The position numbers and the translations under genes were made by a program. A stretch of 61,864 bases of DNA, filler included. It is 13 parts of 13 records of this genome, joined end to end, with 100 filler letters (N's around TTAATTAATTAA, not from the genome) between each part and the next. Parts side by side here need not be neighbours in the genome. Positions count along the whole stretch, not along the records: positions 1 to 4,562 come from SRR15195285_3356; positions 4,663 to 7,946 come from SRR15195285_3358; positions 8,047 to 14,475 come from SRR15195285_3359; 10 more parts are not named here. The stretch is one strand, 5' to 3'. The notes below the pieces were generated by a model. That model did no database searches. It was not told the DNA's origin and worked only from the letters and a program-made list of their open reading frames with translations. Shown here in pieces: positions 1 to 11,311 of the stretch (within the stretch, counting starts at the first letter, position 1; every line of letters begins with the position of its first letter).

Positions 1-248
1 GAATTCTCATGCATCTTACTCCTGCTCCGACGACTTAGCATGAACGCCGCCGGCGCGGCCGGCGCGCGGATTCGCGTGCGCGCTTTCGCGCGCGCGGCGC
101 CGCGCGCCGCCGGGCTGCACGCACGCCGCGGCAGCCCACAGCGACAGCGAGGGGCACCGTGTACGCCGTACCTCTCGTGCGCCGGCGCCGCGCGAAAGGT
201 TGTGAGTCGGTGGGCGAACTTGAACTCCGTCAGGCTGAGAGCACGAGT

Positions 249-1226
249 ATGGCTCCTAAGGCTGCAGTGAGTTCTGCGCAGGCGATCGTGCGCGTGGCGT
301 TGTGGTACAGTGTCACGCTGCTGAGCAACTACTTTGGCAACTACTTCGTGCACTACCGCGAGCAAGCCGCGATCTCCAGCCCGGACATCAGCTTGAGTGA
401 GATGCTGCTCTGCACTGTCTGGGGAATCGCCACGCTGGCGTGTCTAGGCATCCCTGTGATACCTCCAACAGAGATCCGCGGGCGGCTGCTGTTTCTCGCG
501 GCAGCGAACGCTAGTGCCGTGCGTTGCTTCTACATGAGCGCTGCACTAATACAGCTCAGCCTGCTCCAGACGGTGCGCTCGTGTCAGCCGCTGGTAGTGA
601 CCGTAGTCGTATATTTGGCGTTCAAGGAAACCTATTCGCTCTTGACCTACTTGACACTGGTTCCGATCACTGTGGGATTTTCTATGGCAGCGGGGGGTGA
701 TCCGATGTTCGAAGCAACAGGCTTCGCGTTTGCCATTTGCTCCATGTGTTCGCTAGTTGGAGTCAACGTGCTGTCACGCTACACACTCGCCGCAGCCGGG
801 GGCACGGACACGAGTATCCATCCGCTGCAACTTCAGGCATGGATGACCACTGGTTCTCTGCTGCTTCTATCGGCCATGGATGTCGCCCTCAGCGAGGGTG
901 GCTGGGGTCGCTTGCTTTCAGCTGCCGCTTCCAGCGAGGCCGGCCGAGGTACAACGTTAGTCTTGTTAGCTGTCGCCGAAGGAACGCTGTACCACCTGTC
1001 GAATGTCGGCACGTTTACTTCGATCGAGATTTTCGAGCCACTTAGTTTTGCGATCATCGACACTTTGCGGCGACTTTGCGTTGTTGTCTCTGGCTTCTTC
1101 TATCAAGGGAACCCTTGCACAGTGATCAATGCGTGTGGCATTGTGCTTGTGATCGGTGGGGCGGGCGCTTACAATGTTGTCAAGGGCCGCGCGGCAAAGG
1201 AGCAAAAGAAAGGAAAAACGCAATAG
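249..1226 (+). CDS. Triose-phosphate/nucleotide-sugar transporter family (TPT/SLC35E-like DMT) membrane protein
   Basis: First ATG at 249 in ORF 159..1226. About 9-10 hydrophobic helices. Motifs 'LWYSVTL', 'QTVRSCQPLV', 'LTLVPITVG', 'PLSFAIIDTLRR' and 'INACGIVLVIGG..AY' match TPT-family patterns. Basic C-terminal tail. Confidence 0.8.
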   Translation: MAPKAAVSSAQAIVRVALWYSVTLLSNYFGNYFVHYREQAAISSPDISLSEMLLCTVWGIATLACLGIPVIPPTEIRGRLLFLAAANASAVRCFYMSAALIQLSLLQTVRSCQPLVVTVVVYLAFKETYSLLTYLTLVPITVGFSMAAGGDPMFEATGFAFAICSMCSLVGVNVLSRYTLAAAGGTDTSIHPLQLQAWMTTGSLLLLSAMDVALSEGGWGRLLSAAASSEAGRGTTLVLLAVAEGTLYHLSNVGTFTSIEIFEPLSFAIIDTLRRLCVVVSGFFYQGNPCTVINACGIVLVIGGAGAYNVVKGRAAKEQKKGKTQ

Positions 1227-1300
1227 AGCGCTTTCGAAACAACACCATGGAGCCCAAGCTGTCTGGGGCTACCTTCACGCACTGATTGATGCACATGCGC

Positions 1301-4076
1301 TCAGTGCTCCGGTTGTGAGCACACCGCAGCCTGATCTGCTTCGAGGTGATTAGTGCGGCCATATGCTAGAGTTGACGTAGATCTTCGATGGCAAGTCACG
1401 GCCACATCCACTTTGCTGCTGTTTTTCTGAACGTTGCTCCTGCAACCATGTAGATTGTGTACATCCAAGTTGAATTTCGCGTCAACCAGCTCATACCCAG
1501 GATCCGTTGCTATCAAAAATGGCCTAGCGACAGCATCCTCGATCACTCCACACACAGAGAAACCACCTACGTCAACGGTATACGGTGGATCCCATCCACC
1601 CATGACAGTTATTGGGCTACACGGACCTTGTGGAGCGCAGCCAGTTCGTCCAGAATCAGCGGCACCAAGCGCGACGCGACTGAAGTTGACGTCGTTCAGG
1701 ACCAAAGCTGCTGCATTCACGTCCTTGCGATAGACTGCCAGGCCGCATCCGATCGTTTTCATGATACGCGTAGCAGTGACTGTTATCTGGCCGCCCACAC
1801 CAACCACATTACCGATACCAATGCCGACACCTGCGGAGCCATCGATCGTTATGTTCATCACATCAATTGCGATGTCATTGCTTGACCTATTAAGCTCCCC
1901 TGCGTTTATCATAAAACCACCACCTGTGTTGTTGAGCAGGAGGAGATCGCGCAATATAATATTCTTTAGCTCGTTGCTGGCACGATCAGGCTCAATATCG
2001 ATGCCCGCAGAGGGTGCTGTGCCATTCGTATAAGCGAAGATGGTGCGCTCGACTGTTAAACCATCAGCAGAGATGATACTCATGCCTTGACGGTAGTGCC
2101 GCTCAAATATGCAGTCCTGTACTGTGACATTCTGAGCGCCGTACACGAACAATCCATCTCCACCCGAATCAGTGACATGTAGGTTCTCCAAACGTACATT
2201 GACGGCCGAAGCGTCTAGCCAGATTCCCATGCGCCACTCTGCTTTCCGGTAGGGGCGACAGTTCGGACAGGTACTGCGTGAAGGTACTGCATAATCATCA
2301 CGACGCATTCGAAGGGCAGAGCCTGGGGCACCACTTAGCACTACGTCGCTGACATTCGTGAAACGCAACAGACAATCGTCAAGCCCATGGAACTCATCTT
2401 GTTTGGCTAACACCGTGACACCTGCAGCCAAAGAGATATGCATCCCACTGACATTGGCCAGACGTAGCGGTCGCACAAGCCACGGACGACCTCCGTCCAG
2501 CTTAGGGACGTGAACATGTGCTGCGCCAGAAGAGAATGCGGCCTGCAGCTCCTCCGTACAATCACTTGCGTTCACACATGTTGCAATGATGCTGCCACGT
2601 GCTGGTGGGGAGCTTGTTACAACTCGTGGAGCAAGATCTGTGGGTGGTAAGGGCCAACTGCCTTTGATCATCCAGTAGATTTGGTCATACAGATATCGTT
2701 TGCGTGCGTTATCGGTTAGGTTGCACGCCCTTGGCCCAGTCGTCACCACCGGGTAGCATCCTCGCCAGTACTCGAGAAAAGAGCCTCCATGGAACCAAAC
2801 CTTCAGGGCACTTGTGTCCCAGGAGTGGTTCTTCGCCGCTTGCAAGTAGAGTTCAAAGTTGTACATCCAGGAGTCTTCATCTGGCTCGGGAAGATTATTA
2901 CGCGTATATGATGCGACCTCCATCTCAACTCCGAGTTCACTTTCGTTGACCATGGATGCAATGATATCACTGAAGCAAATACACAAACAACAGACGGGCA
3001 GGGCCTCATGGCTGCGTCCTGGAAACTCTCCTCTTTCAGCTATCTGTTCTCAGACTGACTACAACTGCAACTATGACTGAGACTGAGACTCACAACTGCT
3101 GCGTGGTGTCGTTCGTCCCAAAGCACAAGCTCGGGTCTGCGCCTGCGTACGCCACATGTGGCTGGAGCACAGCCACATCAAATCCAAGGCTCCGCCACTT
3201 TGGCGCCCATGCTGCGTTGTATCGATCGTAGTATGGTATCCAATTCAGCATAAGCTGTCCCGGCAGGCTGTGGATGTGCTCAGCGATGCTTGGAATAATG
3301 GCCGCGTCGTCGATGTGGTAGCCCTCCAAACTCGGGTCAGACTCTGTGTCACACATTGTGCAGCCTGTTTGCGCATGATTTACACAGCCACAGACACTCT
3401 CAAACACCCAGTAAAACCCAACGAAGCGCACATGTGACCAGCCCTCGTCGACTTGCGTCCTCTGAAACTGCTGGGCGGCATAGCTCGCGTACCAGCTCGC
3501 CCCAGCAATACGATCTCGAGTTCGGCTGAAGTTCAGCACGTGGTTTGCATCAGCCATTCCAAATTCCGTTTGACGGGTGTCAGGGTAGGGCAACGTCAGC
3601 ATGATCGTTGGCGACACTTTGCGGCCCAGCACTACCGAAACGGTTGCGCTCGCGTTCTCCAGCGCTCGCACTGCGGCGACCTGCGCACCGAAGAACTCCT
3701 GCCAGTCCGTCTCATTGGCCGAGAGCGAATTATTCATCCAAGGGTCACGTGGTGGCACGAGGACAGTTTTTCCGGAGGGAGCTGTGGTGCCCACGAACCA
3801 GACTGAGTCGAAAAGTTCGTCGACGGTAGTTGACTGGTTGGGATTCTGATACGATATCAGTGGCTCAAACTCAGCAGGCACCCACTCGTGCGGGGGAAAC
3901 GCCTTGGAGTTCCACATGTAGTATGGGAATGGCCCAGGGGTGTAGGCGAGGACCACATTCTTCATAAAGCGAGAAGCCTGCGTGTTAGGCGGAAATGGGC
4001 GGGCCACCTTCAGCTTAGTTGTAGACAAAGACACTGCTTCGGCGCTACACAGCACCACCAGCACAGCGAGCAGCAT
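1301..4076 (-). CDS. Secreted DUF4855-like domain + right-handed beta-helix (pectin-lyase-like) fusion, 2 exons (4076-3094, 2969-1301)
   Basis: Intron 3093..2970 (GTGAGT...CAG) joins ORFs 3090..4292 and 1301..2986 in frame (QQ-F-DIIASM). DUF4855-like motifs GFYW, WIPYY, LGFDVAVLQP, GVEME, LYDQIY. Beta-helix motifs DSGGDG, RQGMSIIS, GIDIEP. Signal peptide MLLAVLVVLCSAEA from ATG 4076; upstream ATG 4292 is also possible. Confidence 0.8.
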
Positions 4077-4325
4077 CAGCACCACTCGAGACCAGCCTGG
4101 CCGAACCTGCCTGCTCGCCAACCACGGAGCGCCATCCATCCCGGAGTACAGCTTGGACACGGCCTCTCTGTCCGTCGCGGCTTCAGCTGGCGGGGCGCCG
4201 CCGCGGGGCCCGGCCGGGACGCGCGCGCGGACGTCGTCCGCGGACCACCACCACATCGTATCACGGGCGTGGGGGGAACATCTGTCCCCCATGTACCCAG
4301 GTTGTGAGGGAGAAATCGCAGCAGT

Positions 4326-4372
4326 ATTGGGCCGCGGCCGAAACTAAAGGGTAACGCCATTGGGCCGCGGCC
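4326..4372 (-). promoter_or_regulatory. Tandem 14-nt direct repeat ATTGGGCCGCGGCC (CCAAT-box-containing on - strand), 33 nt apart
   Basis: Identical copies at 4326-4339 and 4359-4372, upstream of the minus-strand gene. Confidence 0.35.
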
Positions 4373-4562
4373 TTGCGATTTAGTATCTCGTAGCAATTTC
4401 TTGAGTAACCGATCGGAGTAACTCCTGAAATGTATGCATGCAGTATTGAAATTTCAATGCAATCTCGGATGTGTTTCCAGACACGAGTTACAGAACTCTG
4501 CAGAACTTGCTGTGAAGGCTGGGCACTGTGTAGAGCGCTGCGGTGGCCCGGGCCAAATCCAC

Positions 4563-4662
4563 NNNNNNNNNNNNNNNNNNNNNNNNNNNNNNNNNNNNNN
4601 NNNNNNTTAATTAATTAANNNNNNNNNNNNNNNNNNNNNNNNNNNNNNNNNNNNNNNNNNNN
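4563..4662. other. Artificial contig spacer (N-run + TTAATTAATTAA + N-run); also at 7947-8046, 14476-14575, 18059-18158, 22550-22649, 29550-29649, 33402-33501, 36836-36935, 41361-41460, 47628-47727, 51298-51397, 57628-57727
   Basis: Twelve identical 100-nt blocks carrying a six-frame stop linker. Confidence 0.99.
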
Positions 4663-4822
4663 GGGTAGGCAGTGAGTGGGAGAGAGAGAGGAGGGGCGCT
4701 CTTTTCCGAGGGGCGTGTACGCGGGATGTCCTCTGACTGTCTTGGGGCTGTGTTTTCCCTCGTTCGCCGCGTGCAGGAGTTGAATAGGCTAGGACTGTCT
4801 GACGGTAGGCACCAGTTGTGCG

Positions 4823-5654
4823 ATGGCGGCCGCGAAGTCGGGAGGGACGTATGATACCCTCATCAAGCTGCTGCTGATCGGTGACTCAGGTGCGGGCTCA
4901 GCTTCCGTGTCGCAAGGTGCTCGCGGCGCCTTTGCCGGGTGGAGCCGGCTGACGGCGCGCGCTGCATCGCAGGTGTTGGCAAGAGTTGTCTGCTGCTGCG
5001 GTTCTCTGAGGACTCGTTCCAGACTAGCTTCATCACGACGATCGGGTGAGCCGCCGGACGCACTTCACCACCCGCAGCTCTGCTCACCTCTCGTCGTCTG
5101 TGCTCGAGCGCCTACCGCATCACCCCTTGCTGACCCTGCGCGTGAACCCTCACCCCCGTGTCCGCAGCATTGATTTCAAGATCCGTACGATTGAGATGGA
5201 CGGGAAGCGTGTCAAGCTCCAGATCTGGGACACAGCGGGACAAGAAAGGTTCCGAACGATCACGCAGGCGTACTATCGCGGTGCGATGGGCATCTTGCTG
5301 GTCTATGATGTGACCGACAGACAGAGCTTCGAGAATATCCGCAACTGGATCAAAAACATCAAGCAGCATGCGTCAGAAACTGTGAGGAAGATCCTGTTGG
5401 GCAACAAATGTGATATGGATGAGAAGCGGGCGGTGAGCACTGAGGAGGGCCAGAAGCTGGCCGATGAGTTTGGCATCCAGTTCTTCGAAACGAGCGCGAA
5501 GTCCGGTGATAACGTTGAGAATGCTTTCTTCACGTTGGCCAAGGACATTCGCGCGCGGCAGGCGGCGGCGCCGACGGGAGTCGGACAGGGGCAGAGGGTG
5601 GATTTGTCAACGGCCAACCCCCCCGCGGCAGCCAAAAAGAAGGGATGCTGCTAA
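4823..5654 (+). CDS. RAB8: Rab8/RabE (Sec4-like) small GTPase, 3 exons (4823-4889, 4973-5045, 5168-5654)
   Basis: Spliced product contains [62 protein letters not shown] and a C-terminal CC prenylation motif. Introns 4890-4972 and 5046-5167 are GT-AG with CTGAC branch sites. Confidence 0.95.
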
Positions 5655-6657
5655 ACCCGACCCCGCCACAGGAGTGGGCGGCGGGGGATGGTACTGGACA
5701 GTGTGGTGGTAGCTGTGGCAGCGGCAGTGTACACATGAAGCATCAGAAGTGGCGAGGCGGCAGGGAGCATGTCCGTTCTGTGCGGTGGGTAGCGGAGAAT
5801 GTGCGAGAGTGGCGTCGGTACTGGGTCAACGTGCGGAGGCTGCGGCCGTGCTTTCCACCGAGGCAACGGTGGATGGACATGCGGGCTCGTCCCAAGGGAT
5901 CGGCTTGTGGGGTGGTTGTGCCGGATGTGCGGCGCGATCGTCGCATTTAACTGGTTGCTTGGCGAATTTAGATGGGAGTGACAGGCGGATCGGTGCACGA
6001 AGGCGCTTGGCTCGAAGGACACGGATGGCCCAGTGGCGGGGGGCCTGGCTCGGGTGGTCTGCATGTGCATGCCGTTGTGTAACGGTTTGTAATTATATGA
6101 GAGGTTACTCGACATGTGTGCCGTCTTGCCGTCCGTGTGCGCTTGGCTTTCATCATTCCGACCAGACATACATGCTCCGATAGCCTTCCTCCTCCTCCTC
6201 TCTCTCTCCCGCACACTTACGTACACAATTGCAGTCCAATCAGCCGCTTGACACCAGCATCCTATGGGTGATCCATCGCAAGGGAATAATGCAAAAAGCG
6301 TAGTGCAGGTACAATCTTCAAATGCTCTAATGCTCTCATGTCTTTTGATTGAACCTACACAGCGCAAAGACGCGAGCTCGGTATGTAGAGAGGCGCCTGC
6401 ACACGCTGTGCTTGAGCCCAGTGTTTGCAGGGTGGTATCGGCAAACATGTCCAAGATCCATCGTCTTGGTGTTACCTCTGGGCTCAGTTCCAAATGGAAA
6501 CCTGCTTGTGCGCCGAAAGCGTCAGTTCAGGTGGAGGCACGACGACCGGTGAGTCTCGATCAGACGCGGGGCACTGGTCAGTGCGGTGCTGGTCCAAGCT
6601 GCAAACGCGGCACGACTTGCGTTCGGCTTAGACGGCTCGCGGGCTCGAAACTCTAGT

Positions 6658-7598
6658 TCAGTGCAGCACACGAGCCCGTAATTGCTCCACACCGAGGCCT
6701 GTCTTCGAACTGGTCAGTACCAGGCCACCGCCACCTTCGTTGTGATTGTCACCACTGCCGCTACTGGTCACGCTGCTGTCGCAACGGTACGTTTGCGCGC
6801 CGTCTTCTGCCGTGTGAAAATCCGCCGCAGTGATCTCGAGATGGCCATAGGATGCCAGGGTCATTGCTGTGTTGTGCACGACACTGTCTAGCGGCTTGCG
6901 CTTCAGTTTGTCAGCCTTGGTAAGCACCACGGTGCGCTGCAGGCCGAAAGAACTCAGCATGTCAAGCATATGCATGTCTAAGTCCAGGAGCCCACGCCGG
7001 CAGTCCACAACAACAAACGTCTGAAGAGAGCTGTTGTTGTCGCCGGTAGCGGCTACGGTAGCAGCAGCTGCTTCAGCACGCGACTCGAAGAACGCCATCA
7101 TTAGGGAGTCCCATTTGTCGCGCGTTCCAGCACCTGTCTTAGAAAATCCGTATCCGGGCATGTCAAACAGCCGCAATTGCTGCCCCTGCTCGAACAGGTG
7201 CAGCATCTGGGTGCGACCCTGAGCGCAGCATTTGCACGCGTGGTGCCGGTCAGTCAGAGTGGCGGCAACACACCGAAGGGTACCTAGGCAATAACCCGCG
7301 CACCGGGGTCTTGGATGTCCGCGCCAGCTTCTGCCCAACGAGACGGTTGAGGATGCTGGACTTGCCCGCGTTGGAGCGTCCAGCAAACGCCACCTGCGCA
7401 CACGCTAGCGAGCCTCAGTACCGCCTGCAGCGTGCTCGAGCCTCAGTACCGCCTGCAGCGTGCCACACGCACGAGAACCGGCCCACTACAGCTCGTACGT
7501 ACCTCGCGCCGGGCGCCCAGCGCAGCTGAATACACGTCGGCCGCGGTGGCAAGCGCACCACCGTACCTCCACTGCCCAAGCCGTCGCTGCACCGCCAT
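6658..7598 (-). CDS. engB: EngB/YihA/YsxC family ribosome-biogenesis GTPase, at least 3 exons (7598-7503, 7393-7304, 7218-6658); 5' end uncertain
   Basis: Spliced product contains [36 protein letters not shown] and TSSK. Introns 7502..7394 and 7303..7219. Confidence 0.9.
7409..7463. repeat. 28-nt tandem duplication inside engB intron
   Basis: CGAGCCTCAGTACCGCCTGCAGCGTGC occurs at 7409 and again at 7437. Confidence 0.9.
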
Positions 7599-8286
7599 GG
7601 CCTGCCGACCGCAAGCCTATGGTTATGCGTTCCCGCAGTGTAGCAACGTCACACGCGCGTCACCGCAGCGAGGCAACCGACACTCCGCCGCGTCGGTCCC
7701 CGTCCAGTGCACGCGACAGCGGTGAGCGCAGCCGCCGCCGGCCCCGACGCTGACGACGCCCCGGCCGAGCGCACCGCCGCGGGCAGCGCGGCGCGGCGGT
7801 GTAGGTCGAGTAGGGGATCCTATCTGCGCGCGTGCGCCGCGCGGCCCAGTCGGTCGGGTGTAGACTGTAGTCGCGTCAGCGAAAAGTGGACCGGCGATGC
7901 ATGGTGACACACGCGCGTGGCTGCGGGGTGCAATCTGGGCACTGCTNNNNNNNNNNNNNNNNNNNNNNNNNNNNNNNNNNNNNNNNNNNNTTAATTAATT
8001 AANNNNNNNNNNNNNNNNNNNNNNNNNNNNNNNNNNNNNNNNNNNNGACTCAGTTACAACCTGGGTACTGCGCCTTAGCTTTGTCGGGACGGACACATCG
8101 GGTCCTCAGTGGGTCGTCTGTGCGCGTGGCGAAGACGCGCGATTGTCACTCTGACGCCTGGTTTGCTGGGTTCTGGTGGGCCGATTTGACTGGTGGGGAC
8201 CTCACAATCGGTTGTGTGATGATGTAATGTGCCGGTGAGGTTCATTGGCTGACTTCATGATCTCGTGGTAACAAAGGACGAGTATC

Positions 8287-9918
8287 ATGGTGGCGGCAGC
8301 GGCGCGGACGTACGATGTCATCGTCTGTGGGAGCGGGCCTGGTGCGGCGGCATGGCTGCGCTCTGCGCTTCGCCACGCGCCACGGTCTCGCATCCTGCTG
8401 CTGGAGCGCGGGCCGTACTGCAAAACAGACGTACTGACCGAGACAAACCCGCTCACTCTGCTGCGCGACTCGCGACGCGTGGTGGCGCGATACGAACATG
8501 GCGTCATGCAGGGCTCCACGCTCGGCGGCAGTACGGCCATCAACAACTACGCTTTCACCATGCCGGCATATTCTGACCTCCGCGCCGCTCTCGGCGTGAA
8601 TCGGGACGCATACACAGAAGCCATGGTCGGCCGTTTTGAGAGTATGTGCGAAGACCTCATCGGTCCGCGTGAGCCACCACATATGCTGCACCAGCTGCTG
8701 ACTTCGTCGCGCCCGGAAGGTGTTGGCTTGGTAAGCAACGACAGGCTGCGAGTGCAGGAGAGCAACCAGAACCAGGTCTTCATCGGCACACCAACGCTGA
8801 ATTCAGCCGGCGAGCGGCGCAGCGCTTGGACCGGGATGGTTGAACCACTGTGGCGAGAGTACTTGCGCAACGTACACGTCATCACCGACACCACGGTATG
8901 CCGCGTACTCTTTCAGGACTGCCCGGATGGTGGCGAGCCACGAGCAATAGGTGTAGAGTCCACGGATGGAAGTGTGATCAAAGCGAGCACAGTGGTGCTG
9001 GCCTGCGGGTGCCTAGAGACGCCTGCGGTGCTCATGCGCTCCGGTATCGGCCCAGCGTCGCACCTCCGCGAGCGAAACGTGCGTGTGGTGGTGGACAACG
9101 CACATGTTGGGCAACATCTGAAGGACAAGATGGTCTTGGACGACATGATTATCACGGACTGCACGGTAGGTGACCACGGCAAGAGCTTGCTCCTCGTGAA
9201 TAGAGTGTTCGAGCACCTGTACACGCAGCAACATCGATACGACAAATGGACTTTTGGCAACTCCTACCTCGCGCTAACGCGACTACTTCGGGGTGCTTGG
9301 CACGACCTTGGACGGACAGGTGGGGGATCTCTGCTGACCGCAGCGCGACACTGGATGCGTTATTGCAGTCCGAAGGGTAATGTGGCGTTCTGCTTTCAGA
9401 ATGTGATCAAAATGCAGCGCGAGGGATCTGTGACTCTTTCGAACGACGCACAGCGCAGCGCGCACCTCGATGCGTCGGCACTGTTCCAAGAAGTCGTCGA
9501 CCAAGAGGCCGAGCTAAAGGAGCAAGTGAAGGAAGCTTATGCCTCCATACGGGCAATGCGGGATAGTGAGCGGATTCAGTATCAGATGACAGACGAGTCG
9601 ATGCTGTTAAGCGGCAAAGTCGGCCCACACCTACGAATGGGCTGGCAGTTTGCGGGCACGTGCCGTGTCGATGACGTGATCGACGCTGCGGACTTTGGGG
9701 TGATCGGAGTGCGAGGGGTACATGTGGCTGACATGTCGGCGTGCCGCGTTTCTCCTGACATTTCGTGCATGGCTATGGCGTACATGGTTGGCCATATTGC
9801 TGCGGCACATATGTTGCGCGCCCAGCTAGTAGAAGAGCACAACGGGGCGCAGCCACTAGGCGAAACAGAAGCAGTTCTTGGGTACTTGAGGGCGCAAACA
9901 GGGCACGATGTAACATAA
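8287..9918 (+). CDS. GMC (glucose-methanol-choline) oxidoreductase family protein, divergent active site
   Basis: YDVIVCGSGPGA FAD-binding motif, LLLERG, GSTLGGSTAIN, VVLACGCLETPAVLMRSGIG, VGQHLKD, GTCR, GVRGVHVADMS. No intron needed. Confidence 0.9.
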   Translation: MVAAAARTYDVIVCGSGPGAAAWLRSALRHAPRSRILLLERGPYCKTDVLTETNPLTLLRDSRRVVARYEHGVMQGSTLGGSTAINNYAFTMPAYSDLRAALGVNRDAYTEAMVGRFESMCEDLIGPREPPHMLHQLLTSSRPEGVGLVSNDRLRVQESNQNQVFIGTPTLNSAGERRSAWTGMVEPLWREYLRNVHVITDTTVCRVLFQDCPDGGEPRAIGVESTDGSVIKASTVVLACGCLETPAVLMRSGIGPASHLRERNVRVVVDNAHVGQHLKDKMVLDDMIITDCTVGDHGKSLLLVNRVFEHLYTQQHRYDKWTFGNSYLALTRLLRGAWHDLGRTGGGSLLTAARHWMRYCSPKGNVAFCFQNVIKMQREGSVTLSNDAQRSAHLDASALFQEVVDQEAELKEQVKEAYASIRAMRDSERIQYQMTDESMLLSGKVGPHLRMGWQFAGTCRVDDVIDAADFGVIGVRGVHVADMSACRVSPDISCMAMAYMVGHIAAAHMLRAQLVEEHNGAQPLGETEAVLGYLRAQTGHDVT

Positions 9919-9951
9919 ACGCTCTTGGCGCAGCATCAAACAAAACATCTA

Positions 9952-11311
9952 TCATTCCACTCTGCGCAGTTTGGTCCCTTGGTCACGCGCCAATGGTCGG
10001 GTGGCCGAGCCAAATTGCACAAGCGCGCTTGCGAGGGCCACGAGGAAGAAGAGCCCAGGATGGCCTCGCCGACTGCCAGCGCCGTAGATGGATCCCCACA
10101 GCAGCCCACCCACCGTGCCGAGAACTGAACGGAAGTTTCCAATGCTCGCCTGCAGCTCGCCCTGCCCGAGACCTACTGCGGCGCCTTCGGTTGCTATCAT
10201 CGCATTCAACGCGTGCGTCCCACCGCTACGAAAGCAGCCGAGGACAACACCGGCATAGAAATGCCACTGCGAACGGGCAAAGAAGTTGATGACTAGACCC
10301 ATAGCTGTGGAGATGATCCCAAGTCGGACCGTGGATGGCAACCCAAGTCGCCTCATGAGCCACGGGGAGACAAACAACCCTGGGACAGAGAGTACCGAGG
10401 AGACGCTCTCAAACTGACCCCTCTGCATGAGACCCCAGCCGAGAGCATCCGCCTGGTAAATCACCAAGATCGGCGATGCAATGTACCCGCCAGCCACTGG
10501 AGCCACCCACAGATCAAAAATCGCAAGCGTGCTCAGAAGTCTAAGCCGCGCTCCGCGGCGGAACAGCGTCACAAACGAGAGTGGTGAAGCAGCCCGCCAT
10601 TGGAATGTCCGCCTCCGCTCCTTCGGCAGTGTCTCTGGCAGAGCAACCTTCATGAAGCCGAGGTTGAGCACACACAATGCCGCGGACACGACGAAGGGCA
10701 GGCGCAAATCGATGCCTGCGAGCTGGCTTGATAGTACTGGTACGATTGCCGAGCCGACAAGGTTGCCTCTACGCGAAGACAGCATTGATGGTAGTGGTAT
10801 CAGCACCCAGATGCTACATGTACTCTACTTGCAGGATTGCTTGCGATACTACGTACAGCATTAGCCACGACTGCCAGGCACCCAACGTGGTGGGGTCGTT
10901 GATCCACAGGTCTCCAAGAGCGGCGTTCCAGCCGCTGTGGCACGCACCCGCGATCGAACCACCGGCGCTGTCTGCCACTGCCTGAGCTCGCCAGCTCATC
11001 ACCGGTAGCGTGACTGCCCTCTGGCACAGGTCGCAGAGTGGCTCGATCATCAGCAGCGGCTTGCGCCCGATTGCGTCGGACAGTGCCCCCACCGACGGCG
11101 ACGCGCAGAGCGTCACCGCAGATTTTAGCGAGTTCACAATCCCCTGCATCTGCGCCATCCCTGCGAAGTTGCCCGCGAACCCATCAATCCAGAGCTGGGT
11201 CACGGCCTGCACGGTGACCAGGTATTGCAGCATGTGCGCCCACTGCGCCACGCACACGAACGTCGAACGCCGCCGTATCACAGTGTCCTCTGCGGTAGCA
11301 GGGCTGGTCAT
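9952..11311 (-). CDS. MFS transporter (TCR/Tet, MFSD14-like), 2 exons (11311-10857, 10813-9952)
   Basis: Motif A 'GALSDAIGRKP' and 'LPETL'; many TM helices. A 43-nt GTACGT...TAG intron (10856..10814) joins the two ORFs in frame. Confidence 0.85.

Noticed and set aside
4823-5173. Apparent frameshifts or pseudogenes in Rab8, SBNO, deacylase, GH105 and others
   Set aside because: Every break is explained by a canonical GT-AG intron that restores frame and conserved motifs.
5651-6656. ORFs 5651..6493 (-), 5749..6183 (+) and 6264..6656 (+)
   Set aside because: No motifs and no coding-like composition; probably 3' UTR or intergenic sequence between convergent Rab8 and engB.
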